DNA from: the human T2T-CHM13v2.0 reference genome, Homo sapiens
DNA length: 64,000 bases
Reading direction: 5' to 3' (one strand)
Assembly: GCF_009914755.1 (NCBI RefSeq)
Contig: NC_060946.1
In this document: one piece after another, positions 26,521 to 40,600 of the stretch
How the letters are laid out: each line of letters begins with the position of its first letter
Position numbering within the stretch: position 1 is the stretch's first letter
The notes under the pieces: model-generated
What the model saw: only the letters and a program-made list of their open reading frames with translations
Database searches by the model: none
Told to the model about the DNA's origin: nothing
Position numbers and translations under genes: made by a program

Positions 26521-28829
26521 CGAGTGGAAAGGAATGGAATGGAAAGGAATGGAATGGAATGGAAAGGAATGGAATGCAATGGAATGCAGTGTTATGGAAT
26601 GGAATCAACCCGAGTGGAATGGAATGGAATGGAAAGGAATGGAATGCAATGGAATGCAATGTTAGGGAATGGAATCAACCCGAGTGGAATGGAATGGAAT
26701 GGAATGGAATGCAATGGAATGGAATGGAATGGAATGGAATGGAATAGAATGGAATCAATTCCAATGCAATGTAATGGTATAGAATGGAATGGAATGGAAT
26801 GGAATGGAATCAACCAGAGTGGAATGGAATGGAAAGGAATGGAATGGAATGGAATGGAATGGAATGGAATGGAATGGAATGGAATGGAGTGGAATCAACC
26901 CGAGTGGAATGGACTGTAATGATCTGGAATGGAATGGAATGGAATGGAGTGGAATAAACACAAGTGGAATGGAATGGAATGGAATGGACTGGAATCAACC
27001 AGAGTGCAATGGAATGGAATAGAACGGAATGGAATGGAATGGAATGAAAAAAACACGAGTGGAATGGAATGGAATGGAATGGAATTCAATGGAATGGAAT
27101 GGACAGGAATGGAATGGAATGGAAAGGAATGGAGTGGAATGGACAAGAATGGAATGGAATGGAATGAAATCAACCCGATTGGAATGGAATGGAATGCAAT
27201 GGAATGGAATGGAATCAACTGGAAAGGAATCAAATGGAACGGAATGGAATAGAATGGAATGGATTGGAATGGAATGGAATGGATTCAACCCGAGTGGAAT
27301 GGAATGGAATAGAATGGAATAAACACGAGTGGAATGGAATGGAATGGAATGGAATGGAATGGAATGGAATCAACTCGAGTGGAATGAAATGTAATGTAAT
27401 GGAATGGAATGGAATTGAATGGAATAAACACGAGTGGAATGGAATGGAATGGAATGGAATGGAATAGAATGGAGTCAATTCAAGTGCAATGGAATGGTAT
27501 AAAATGGAATCGAATGGAATGGAATCAACCAGAGTGGAATGGAATGGAAAGTTATAGAATGGAATGGAATGGAATGGAATGGAACGGAATGGAATGGAAT
27601 GGAATGGAATGTAACGGCATGGAATGGAATGGAATGGAATGGAATGGAATGGAATGGCATGCAATGGAATGGAATGGAGTGGAATAAACACAAGTGGAAT
27701 GGAATGGAATGGAATGGACTGGAATGGAAAGGAATGGAAGAGAATGGAATGGAATCAACACGAGTGGAAAGGAATGGAATGGAAAGGAATGGAATGGAAT
27801 GGAAAGGAATGTAATGCAATGGAATGCAGTGTTATGGAATGGAATCAACCCGAGTGGAATGGAATGGAATGGAATGGAATGGAGTGGAATGGAATGGAAT
27901 GGAATGCAATGGAATGGACAGGAATGGAATGGAATGGAATGGAATGGAATGGAGTGGAATGGACTAGAATGGAATGGAATGGAATGAAATCAACCCTATT
28001 GGAATGGAATGGAATGCAATGGAATGGAATGGAATCAACTGGTAAGGAAACAAATGGAACTGAATGGAATAGAATGGAATGGATTGTAATGGAATGGAAT
28101 GGAATCAAACCTAGTAGAATGGAATGGAAAGAATGGAATAAACAGGAATGGAATGGAATGGAATGGAATTTAATGGAATGGAATGGAATTTAATAGAATG
28201 GAATGGAATGGAATGGAATGGAATGGAATCAACCCGAGTGGAGTGGAATGGAATGGAATGGAAATGAATGGAATAGAATGGAATAGAATGGAACGGAAAG
28301 GAATGGAATGAACCCGAGTGGAATGGAATGGAATGGAATGGAATGGAAAGGCACGGAATGGAATGGAATGGAATGGAATGGAATGGAATGGAATGGAATC
28401 AACCCTAGTGGAATGGAATGGAATGGAATCAAACTGAGTGGAATGGAATGGAATGGAATGCAATGGAATGTAATGCAGTGGAAGGCATCAGAATCAACTG
28501 GAATGGAATGCAGTGGAATGGAATGGAATCAACGCCAGTGGAATGGAATGGAATGGAAGGGATAATAATAAAATGGAATGGAATAAATCCGGCTGGAATG
28601 GAATGGAATGGAATGCAATGGAATGAAATGGAATCAACTCGAGTGGAATGAAATGTAACGTAATGTAATGGAATGGAATGGAATGGAATGGAATAGAATG
28701 GAATCAATTCGAGTGCAATATAATGGTATAGAATGGAATGGAATAGAATGGAACGGAATGGAATGGAATCAACCAGAGTGGAATGGAATGGAATGGAATG
28801 GAATGGAATGGAATGGAATGGAATGGAAT

Positions 28830-31560
28830 GGACTGTAACGGCATGGAATGCAATGGAATGGAGTGGAATCAACCCGAGTGGAATGGAATGGAATGGACTG
28901 TAACGGTATGGAACGGAATGGAATGGAGTGGAATCAAACCGAGAAGAATGGAATGGAATGGAATGGAATGGAATGGAATAGAATGGAATCAATTCGAATG
29001 CAATGTAATGGTATAGAATGGAATGGAATGGAATGGAATCAACCAGAGTGGAATGGAAAGGAATGGAATGGAATGGAATGGAATGGAATGGAATGGAATA
29101 GAATGTAATGGAATGGAACGGAATGGAACGGAATGGAATGGAATGGAATGGAATGGAATGGAATGGAATGGAATGGAATGGCATGGAATGGAATGGAATG
29201 GAGTGGAATCAACCCGAGTGGAATGGAGTGGAATGGACTGTAATGGCATGGAATGGAATGGAATGGAGTGGAATAAACACAAGTGGAATGGAATGGAATG
29301 GAATGGACTACAAACAACCAGAGTGCAATGGAATGGAATAGAATGGAATGGAATGGAATGGAATGAAATATACACGAGTGGAATGGAATGGAATGGAATG
29401 GAAGAGAATGGAATGGAATCAACTCGAGTGGAAAGGAATGGAATGGAAAGGAATGGAATGGAATGGAAAGGAATGGAATGCAATGGAATGCAGTGTTATG
29501 GAATGGAATCAACCCGAGTGGAATGGAATGGAATGGAATGGAATGGAATGGAATGGAGTGCAATGGAATGGACAGGAGTGGAATGGAATGGAATTCAATG
29601 GAATGGAATGGACAGGAATGGAATGGAATGGAATGGAATGGAATGGAATGGAATGGAGTGGAATGGGCTAGAATGGAATGGAATGGAATGAAATCAACCC
29701 GATTGGAATGGAATGGAATGCAATGGAATGGAATGGAATCAACTGGAAAGGAATCAAATGGAACGGAATGGAATGGAAAGGAATGGAATGGAATGGAATG
29801 GAATCAACCCTAGTGGAATGGAATGGAATGAAATCAAACTGAGTGGAATGGAAGGGAATGGAATGCAATGGAATGTAATGGAGTGGAAGGCATTTGAATC
29901 AACTGGAATGGAATGGAAAGGAATGGAATGGAATGGAATCAACCCCAGTGGAATGGAATGGAATGGAATGGATTATAATGGAATGGAATGGAATCAATCT
30001 GGGTGGAATGGAATGGAATGGAATGGAATGGAATGGAATGGACTGTAACGGCATGGAATGCAATGGAATGGAGTGGAATCAACCCGAGTGGAATGGAATG
30101 GAATGGACTGTAACGGCATGGAACGGAATGGAATGGAGTGGAATCAAACCGAGAGGAATGGAATGGAATGGAATGGAATGGAATGGAATGGAATGGAATA
30201 GAATGGAATCAATTCGAATGCAATGTAATGGTATAGAATGGAATGGAATGGAATGGAATCAACCAGAGTGGAATGCAATGGAATGGAATGGAATGGAATG
30301 GAATAGAATGTAATGGAATGGAACGGAATGGAACGGAATGGAATGGAATGGAATGGAATGGAATGGAATGGCATGGAATGGAATGGAATGGAGTGGAATC
30401 AACCCGAGTGGAATGGAGTGGAATGGACTGTAATGGCATGGAATGGAATGGAATGGAGTGGAATCAAACCGAGAGGAATGGAATGGAATGGAATGGAATG
30501 GAATGGAATGGAATGGAATAGAATGGAATCAATTCGAATGCAATGTAATGGTATAGAATGGAATGGAATGGAATGGAATCAAACAGAGTGGAATGGAATG
30601 GAATGGAATGGAATGGAATGGAATAGAATGTAATGGAATGGAACGGAATGGAACGGAATGGAATGGAATGGAATGGAATGGAATGGAATGGCATGGAATG
30701 GAATGGAATGGAGTGGAATCAACCCGAGTGGAATGGAGTGGAATGGACTGTAATGGCATGGAATGGAATGGAATGGAGTGGAATAAACACAAGTGGAATG
30801 GAATGGAATGGAATGGACTACAATCAACCAGAGTGCAATGGAATGGAATAGAATGGAATGGAATGGAATGGAATGAAATAAACACGAGTGGAATGGAATG
30901 GAATGGAATGGAAGAGAATGGAATGGAATCAACTCGAGTGGAAAGGAATGGAATGGAAAGGAATGGAATGGAATGGAAAGGAATGGAATGCAATGGAATG
31001 CAGTGTTATGGAATGGAATCAACCCGAGTGGAATGGAATGGAATGGAATGGAATGGAATGGAATGGAATGGAATGGAATGGAATGGAATGCAATGGAATG
31101 GACAGGAGTGGAATGGAATGGAATTCAATGGAATGGAATGGACAGGAATGGAATGGAATGGAATGGAATGGAATGGAATGGAATGGAGTGGAATGGACTA
31201 GAATGGAATGGAATGGAATGAAATCAACCCGATTTGAATGGAATGGAATGCAATGGAATGGAATGGAATCAACTGGAAAGGAATCAAATGGAACGGAATG
31301 GAATGGAATGGAATGGAATGGAATGGAATGGAATCAACCCTAGTGGAATGGAATGGAATGAAATCAAACTGAGTGGAATGGAAGGGAATGGAATGCAATG
31401 GAATGTAATGGAGTGGAAGGCATTTGAATCAACTGGAATGGAATGGAAAGGAATGGAATGGAATGGAATCAACCCCAGTGGAATGGAATGGAATGGAATG
31501 GATTATAATGGAATGGAATGGAATCAATCTGGGTGGAATGGAATGGAATGGAATGGATTA
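28830..31560 (+). repeat. ~1.2 kb internal tandem duplication of the HOR, with a nested 320-bp duplication (30145-30464/30465-30784) in the second copy
   Basis: GGACTGTAACGGCATGGAATGCAAT at 28830/30040, GGACTACAA[A/T]CAACCAGAGT at 29305/30815, CAATCTGGGT at 29995/31525, CAAACCGAGAGG at 30145/30465. The block is single at 8480-9650. Confidence 0.82.
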
Positions 31561-31714
31561 TAATGGAATGGAATGGAATCAATCCGGGTGGAGTGGAATT
31601 GAATGGAATGGAATGGAATGGAATGGAATGGATTGGAATTCAATGTAATGGAAACAACCCGAGTGGAATGTAATGGAATGGAAAGGACTGGAATATAATG
31701 GAATGGATTGGAAT

Positions 31715-34700
31715 CAACCCGATTCCAATGCAAAGGAATGGAATGGAATGGAATGGAAGGGAATGGAATGGAATGGAAAGGAATGGAATGAACTGTAATG
31801 GAATGGAATGGAATGGAATTTAATGGAATGGAATGGAATCAACCCGAGTGGAGTGGAATGGAATGGAATGGAAATGAATGGAATAGAATGGAATGGAATG
31901 GAACGGAACGGAATGGAAAGAACCTGAGTGGAATGGATTGTAATGGAAATGAATGGAATAGAAGGAAATGGAATGGAATGGAACGGAATGGAACGAACCC
32001 GAGTGGAATGGATTGGAATGGAATGGAATGGAAAGGAACGGAATGGAATGGATTGGAATGGAATCAACCCGAGTGGAATGGAATGGAATGGAATCAAACT
32101 GAGTGGAATGGAAGGGAATGGAATGCAATGGAATGTAATGGAGTGGAAGGCATTTGAATCAACTGGAATGGAATGGAATGGAATGGAATGGAATGGAATC
32201 AACCCCAGTGGAATGGATTGGATGGGAATGGATTATAATGGAATGGAATGGAATCAATCCGAGTGGAATGGAATGGAATGGAATGGATTATAGTTGAATG
32301 GAATGGAATCAATCCTTGTGGAATGGAGTGGAATGGAATGGAATAGAATGGAATGGAATTCAATGTAATGGAAACAAACCGAGTGGAATGTAATGGAATG
32401 GAAAGGACTGGAATCTAATGGAATGTATTGGAATCAACCTGATTCCAATGCAACGGAATGGAATGGAATGGAATGCAATGGAAGGGAATGGAATGGAATG
32501 GAAAAGAATGGAATAAACTGGAATTGAATGGAATGGAATGGAATTTAATGGAATGGAATGGAATGGAATGGAATGGAATGGAATGGAATGGAATGAACCC
32601 GAGTGGAGTGGAATGGAATGCAATGGAAATGAATGGAATAGAATGGAATGGAATGCAACGGAACGGAATGGAATGAACCCGAGTGGAATGGAATGGAATA
32701 GAATGGAATGGAAAGGCACGAAATGGAATGGAATGGAATGGAATGGAATGGAATGGAATGGAATCAACCCGAGTGGAATGGAATGGAATGGAATCAAACT
32801 GAGTGGAATGGAATGGAATGGAATGGAATGGAATGGAGTGGAAGGCATTAGAATCACCTGGAATGGAATGGAATGGAATGGAATGGAATGGAATGGAATG
32901 GAATCAACCCGAGTGGAATGGAATGGAATGGAATCAAACTGAGTGGAAAGGAATGGAATGGAATGGAATGGAATGGAATGGAATGGAATGGAATCAACCA
33001 CAGTGGAATGGAATGGAATGGAACAGATTATAATAGAATGGAATGGAATCAATCCGGGTGGAATGGAATGGAATGGAATGGAATGGAATGGAATCAACTC
33101 GAGTGGAATGAAATGTAACTTGATGGAATGGAATGGAATGGAATGGAATGGAATGGAATACAATGGAATCAATTCGAGTGCCATGTAATGGTATAGAATG
33201 GAATGGAATGGAATGGAATGAAATGGAATGGAATGGAATGGAATGGAATCATCCAGAGTGGAATGGAATGGAATGGAATGGAATGGAATATATTGGAATG
33301 GAATGGAATGGAATGGAATGGAATATATTGGAATGGAATGCAACGGAATCAACTGGAATGGAATGGAATGGAATGGAATGGATTATAATGGAATGGAATG
33401 GAATCAATCCGGGTGGAATGGAATGGAATGGAATGGAATGGAATTCAATGTAATGGAAACAAACCGAGAGGAATGTAATGGAATGGAAAGGACTGGAATG
33501 TAATGGAATGGATTGGAATCAAACCGATTCCAATGCAACGGAATGGAATGGAATGGAATGGAAAGAAATCAACCCGAATGGAATGGATTGGAATAGAGTG
33601 GAATGGAATGGAATGGCATGGAATGCAATGAAATCAACTAGAATGGAATGGAATGGAATGGAATGAACAGGAATGGAATGGAATGGAATGGAATGGAATG
33701 GAATGGAATGGAGTGGAATGGAATGCAATGGAATGAAATCAACCCGATTGGAATGGAATGGAATGCAATGGAATGGAATGGAATCAACTGGAAAGGAATC
33801 AAATGGAACGGAATCGAATGGAATGGAATGGAATGGAATGGAACGGAACGGAATCAACCTCTGTGGAATGGAATGGAATGGAATGGATTATAACGGAATG
33901 GAATGGAATCAATCCGGGTGGAATGGAATGGAATGGAATGGAATGGAATGCAATGTAATGGACAGGAATGGAATGGAATGGAATTCAATGGAATGGAATG
34001 GACAGGAATGCAATGGAATGTAATGGAATGGAATGGAATGGAGTGGAATGGACTAGAATGGAATGGAATGGAATGAAATCAAACCGATTGGAATGGAATA
34101 GAATGCAATGGAATGGAATGCAATCAACTGGAAAGGAATCAAATGGAACGGAATGGAATAGAATGGAATGGATTGGAATGGAAAGGAATGGATTCAACCC
34201 GAGTGGAATAGAATGGAATAGAACGGAATAAACACGAGTGGAATGGAATGGAATGGAATGGAATCAACTCGAGTGGAATGAAATGTAATGTAATGGAATG
34301 GAATGGAATTGAATGGAATAAACACGAGTGGAATGTAATGGAATGGAATGGAATGGAATGGAATAGAATGGAGTCAATTCAAGTGCAATGGAATGGTATA
34401 CAATGGAATCGAATGGAATGGAATCAACCAGAGTGGAATGGAATGGAAAGGAATGGAATGGAATGGAACGGAACGGAATGGAATGGAATGGAATGGAATG
34501 GAATGGAATGGCATGGAATGGAATGGAATGGAATGGAATGGAATGGAATAGAATGCAATCATTTCGAATGCAATGTAATGGTATAGAATGGAATGGAATG
34601 GAATGGAATCAACCAGAGTGGAATGGAATGGAAAGGAATGGAATGGAATGGAATGTAACGGCATGGAATGGAATGGAATGGAGTGGAATCAACCCGAGTG

Positions 34701-37664
34701 GAATGGAGTGGAATGGACTGTAATGGAATGGAATGGAATGGAGTGGAATAAACACAAGTGGAAAGGAATGGAATGGAATCAAACTGAGTGGAATGGAATG
34801 GAATGGAAAGCAATGGAATGTAATGCAGTGGAAGGCATTAGAATCAACTGGAATGGAATGGAGTGGAATGGAATGGAATCAACGCCAGTGGAATGGATTG
34901 GAATGGAATGGATAATAATGGAATGGAAGGGAATCAATCCGGGTGGAATGGAATGGAATGGAATGCAATGGAATGAAATGGAATCAACTCGAGTGGAATG
35001 AAATGTAACGTAATGGAATGGAATGGAATGGAATGGAATGGAATGGAATAGAATGGAATCAATTCGAGTGCAATATAATGGAATACAATGGAATGGAATG
35101 GAATGGAATCAACCAGAGTGGAATGGAATGGAAAGGAATGGAATGGAATGGAATGGAATGGAATGGAATGGAATGGAATGGAATGGAATGGAATGGAATG
35201 GCACGGCATGGAATGGAATGGAATGGAGTGGAATCAACCCGAGTGGAATGGAGTGGAATGGACTGTAATGGCATGGAATGGAATGGAATGGAGTGGAATA
35301 AACACAAGTGGAATGGAATGGAATGGAATGGACTGGAATCAACCAGAGTGCAATGGAATGGAATAGAATGGAATGGAATGGAATGGAATGAAATAAACAC
35401 GAGCGGAATGGAATGGAATGGAATGGAATGGAATGGAACGGAGTGGAATGGACTAGAATGGAATGGAATGGAATGAAATCAACCCGATTGGATTGGAATG
35501 GAATGCAATGGAATGGAATGGAATCAACTGGAAAGGAATCAAATGGAACGGAATGGAATGGAATGGAATGGAATGGAATGGAATGGAATGGAATGGAACG
35601 GAATGGAATCAACCTCTGTGGAATGGAATGGAATGGAATGGATTATAATGGAATGGAATGGAATCAATCCGGGTGGAATGGAATGGAATGGAATGGAATG
35701 CAATGGAATGGACAGGAATGGAATGGAATGGAATTCAATGGAATGGAATGGACAGGAATGCAATGGAATGTAATGGAATGGAATGGAATGGAGTGGAATG
35801 CACTAGAATGGAATGGAATGGAATGAAATCAACCCGATTGGAATGGAATGGAATGCAATGGAATGGAATGGAATCAACTGGAAAGGAATCAAATGGAACG
35901 GAATGGAATAGAATGGAATGGATTGGAATGGAAAGGAATGGATTCAACCCGAGTGGAATGGAATGGAATAGAACGGAATAAACACGAGTGGAATGGAATG
36001 GAATGGAATGGAATGGAATCAACTCGAGTGGAATGAAATGTAATGTAATGGAATGGAATGGAATTGAATGGAATAAACACGAGTGGAATGGAATGGAATG
36101 GAATGGAATGGAATAGAATGGAGTCAATTCAAGTGCAATGGAATGGTATACAATGGAATCGAATGGAATGGAATCAACCAGAGTGGAATGGAATGGAAAG
36201 GAATGGAATGGAATGGAACGGAACGGAATGGAATGGAATGGAATGGAATGTAACGGCATGGAATGGAATGGAATGGAATGGAATGGAATGGAATGGAATG
36301 GAATGGAATATAACGGCATGCAATGGAATGGAATGGAGTGGATTCAACCCGAGTGGAATAGAGTGGATTGGACTGTAACGGCATGGAATGGAATGGAATG
36401 GAGTGGAATAAACACGAGTGGAATGGAATGGAATGGAATGGATTGGAATCAACCCGAGTGCAATGGAATGGAATGGAATGGAATGGAATGGAATGGAGTG
36501 AAATAAACTCGAGTGGAATGGAATGGAATGGAATAGAATGGAATGGAATGGAAAGGAATGGAAGAGAATGGAATGGAATCAACTCGAGTGGAAAGGAATG
36601 GAATGGAAAGGAATGGAATGGAATGGAACGGAACGGAATGGAATGGAATGGAATGGAATGTAACGGCATGGAATGGAATGGAATGGAATGGAATGGAATG
36701 GAATGGAATGGAATGGAATATAACGGCATGCAATGGAATGGAATGGAGTGGATTCAACCCGAGTGGAATGGAGTGGATTGGACTGTAACGGCATGGAATG
36801 GAATGGAATGGAGTGGAATAAACACGAGTGGAATGGAATGGAATGGAATGGACTGGAATCAACCCGAGTGCAATGGAATGGAATGGAATGGAATGGAATG
36901 GAATGGAGTGAAATAAACTCGAGTGGAATGGAATGGAATGGAATAGAATGGAATGGAATGGAAAGGAATGGAAGAGAATGGAATGGAATCAACTCGAGTG
37001 GAAAGGAATGGAATGGAAAGGAATGGAATGGAATGGAAAGGAATGGAATGCAATGGAATGCAGTGTTATGGAATGGAATCAACCCGAGTGGAATGGAATG
37101 GAATGGAAAGGAATGGAATGCAATGGAATGCAATGTTAGGGAATGGAATCAACCCGAGTGGAATGGAATGGAATGGAATGGAATGCAATGGAATGGAATG
37201 GAATGGAATGGAATGGAATAGAATGGAATCAATTCCAATGCAATGTAATGGTATAGAATGGAATGGAATGGAATGGAATGGAATCAACCAGAGTGGAATG
37301 GAATGGAAATGAATGGAATAGAATGGAATAGAATGGAACGGAAAGGAATGGAATGAACCCGAGTGGAATGGAATGGAATGGAATGGAATGGAAAGGCACG
37401 GAATGGAATGGAATGGAATGGAATGGAATGGAATGGAATGGAATCAACCCTAGTGGAATGGAATGGAATGGAATCAATCTGGGTGGAATGGAATGGAATG
37501 GAATGGATTATAATGGAATGGAATGGAATCAATCCGGGTGGAGTGGAATTGAATGGAATGGAATGGAATGGAATGGAATGGATTGGAATTCAATGTAATG
37601 GAAACAACCCGAGTGGAATGTAATGGAATGGAAAGGACTGGAATATAATGGAATGGATTGGAAT
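31715..37664 (+). repeat. Truncated HOR copy, 5,950 bp (compound junction at ~37310 and ~37477)
   Basis: Colinear with 37665-43269 at offsets 5950-5975. Identical ORF-track peptides occur at 31714/37664 and 35413/41378. The copy lacks the CAAACCTAGTAG landmark and two segments totalling ~4.5 kb. Confidence 0.9.
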
Positions 37665-40600
37665 CAACCCGATTCCAATGCAAAGGAATGGAATGGAATG
37701 GAATGGAAGGGAATGGAATGGAATGGAAAGGAATGGAATGAACTGTAATGGAATGGAATGGAATGGAATTTAATGGAATGGAATGGAATCAACCCGAGTG
37801 GAGTGGAATGGAATGGAATGGAAATGAATGGAATAGAATGGAATGGAATGGAACGGAACGGAATGGAAAGAACCTGAGTGGAATGGATTGTAATGGAAAT
37901 GAATGGAATAGAAGGAAATGGAATGGAATGGAACGGAATGGAACGAACCCGAGTGGAATGGATTGGAATGGAATGGAATGGAAAGGAACGGAATGGAATG
38001 GATTGGAATGGAATCAACCCGAGTGGAATGGAATGGAATGGAATCAAACTGAGTGGAATGGAAGGGAATGGAATGCAATGGAATGTAATGGAGTGGAAGG
38101 CATTTGAATCAACTGGAATGGAATGGAATGGAATGGAATGGAATGGAATCAACCCCAGTGGAATGGATTGGATGGGAATGGATTATAATGGAATGGAATG
38201 GAATCAATCCGAGTGGAATGGAATGGAATGGAATGGATTATAGTTGAATGGAATGGAATCAATCCTTGTGGAATGGAGTGGAATGGAATGGAATAGAATG
38301 GAATGGAATTCAATGTAATGGAAACAAACCGAGTGGAATGTAATGGAATGGAAAGGACTGGAATCTAATGGAATGTATTGGAATCAACCTGATTCCAATG
38401 CAACGGAATGGAATGGAATGGAATGCAATGGAAGGGAATGGAATGGAATGGAAAAGAATGGAATAAACTGGAATTGAATGGAATGGAATGGAATTTAATG
38501 GAATGGAATGGAATGGAATGGAATGGAATGGAATGGAATGGAATGAACCCGAGTGGAGTGGAATGGAATGCAATGGAAATGAATGGAATAGAATGGAATG
38601 GAATGCAACGGAACGGAATGGAATGAACCCGAGTGGAATGGAATGGAATAGAATGGAATGGAAAGGCACGAAATGGAATGGAATGGAATGGAATGGAATG
38701 GAATGGAATGGAATCAACCCGAGTGGAATGGAATGGAATGGAATCAAACTGAGTGGAATGGAATGGAATGGAATGGAATGGAATGGAGTGGAAGGCATTA
38801 GAATCACCTGGAATGGAATGGAATGGAATGGAATGGAATGGAATGGAATGGAATCAACCCGAGTGGAATGGAATGGAATGGAATCAAACTGAGTGGAAAG
38901 GAATGGAATGGAATGGAATGGAATGGAATGGAATGGAATGGAATCAACCACAGTGGAATGGAATGGAATGGAACAGATTATAATAGAATGGAATGGAATC
39001 AATCCGGGTGGAATGGAATGGAATGGAATGGAATGGAATGGAATCAACTCGAGTGGAATGAAATGTAACTTGATGGAATGGAATGGAATGGAATGGAATG
39101 GAATGGAATGGAATGGAATACAATGGAATCAATTCGAGTGCCATGTAATGGTATAGAATGGAATGGAATGGAATGGAATGAAATGGAATGGAATGGAATG
39201 GAATGGAATCATCCAGAGTGGAATGGAATGGAATGGAATGGAATGGAATATATTGGAATGGAATGGAATGGAATGGAATGGAATATATTGGAATGGAATG
39301 CAACGGAATCAACTGGAATGGAATGGAATGGAATGGAATGGATTATAATGGAATGGAATGGAATCAATCCGGGTGGAATGGAATGGAATGGAATGGAATG
39401 GAATTCAATGTAATGGAAACAAACCGAGAGGAATGTAATGGAATGGAAAGGACTGGAATGTAATGGAATGGATTGGAATCAAACCGATTCCAATGCAACG
39501 GAATGGAATGGAATGGAATGGAAAGAAATCAACCCGAATGGAATGGATTGGAATAGAGTGGAATGGAATGGAATGGCATGGAATGCAATGAAATCAACTA
39601 GAATGGAATGGAATGGAATGGAATGAACAGGAATGGAATGGAATGGAATGGAATGGAATGGAATGGAGTGGAATGGAATGCAATGGAATGAAATCAACCC
39701 GATTGGAATGGAATGGAATGCAATGGAATGGAATGGAATCAACTGGAAAGGAATCAAATGGAACGGAATCGAATGGAATGGAATGGAATGGAATGGAACG
39801 GAACGGAATCAACCTCTGTGGAATGGAATGGAATGGAATGGATTATAACGGAATGGAATGGAATCAATCCGGGTGGAATGGAATGGAATGGAATGGAATG
39901 GAATGCAATGTAATGGACAGGAATGGAATGGAATGGAATTCAATGGAATGGAATGGACAGGAATGCAATGGAATGTAATGGAATGGAATGGAATGGAGTG
40001 GAATGGACTAGAATGGAATGGAATGGAATGAAATCAAACCGATTGGAATGGAATAGAATGCAATGGAATGGAATGCAATCAACTGGAAAGGAATCAAATG
40101 GAACGGAATGGAATAGAATGGAATGGATTGGAATGGAAAGGAATGGATTCAACCCGAGTGGAATAGAATGGAATAGAACGGAATAAACACGAGTGGAATG
40201 GAATGGAATGGAATGGAATGGAATGGAATGGAATCAACTCGAGTGGAATGAAATGTAATGTAATGGAATGGAATGGAATTGAATGGAATAAACACGAGTG
40301 GAATGTAATGGAATGGAATGGAATGGAATGGAATGGAATAGAATGGAGTCAATTCAAGTGCAATGGAATGGTATACAATGGAATCGAATGGAATGGAATC
40401 AACCAGAGTGGAATGGAATGGAAAGGAATGGAATGGAATGGAACGGAACGGAATGGAATGGAATGGAATGGAATGGAATGGAATGGCATGGAATGGAATG
40501 GAATGGAATGGAATGGAATGGAATAGAATGCAATCATTTCGAATGCAATGTAATGGTATAGAATGGAATGGAATGGAATGGAATCAACCAGAGTGGAATG

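Larger units (their letters stand above)
21211..31714 (+). repeat. Higher-order repeat (HOR) unit, full copy, 10,504 bp
   Basis: Landmark CAACCCGATTCCAATGCAAAGG at 21211 and 31715. The order of internal landmarks (CAATCCTTGT 21816, CATTTCGAAT 24106, CAAACCTAGTAG 28106, CAAACCGAGAGG 30145/30465) is repeated in 37665-48138. The unit start point is arbitrary. Confidence 0.9.
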
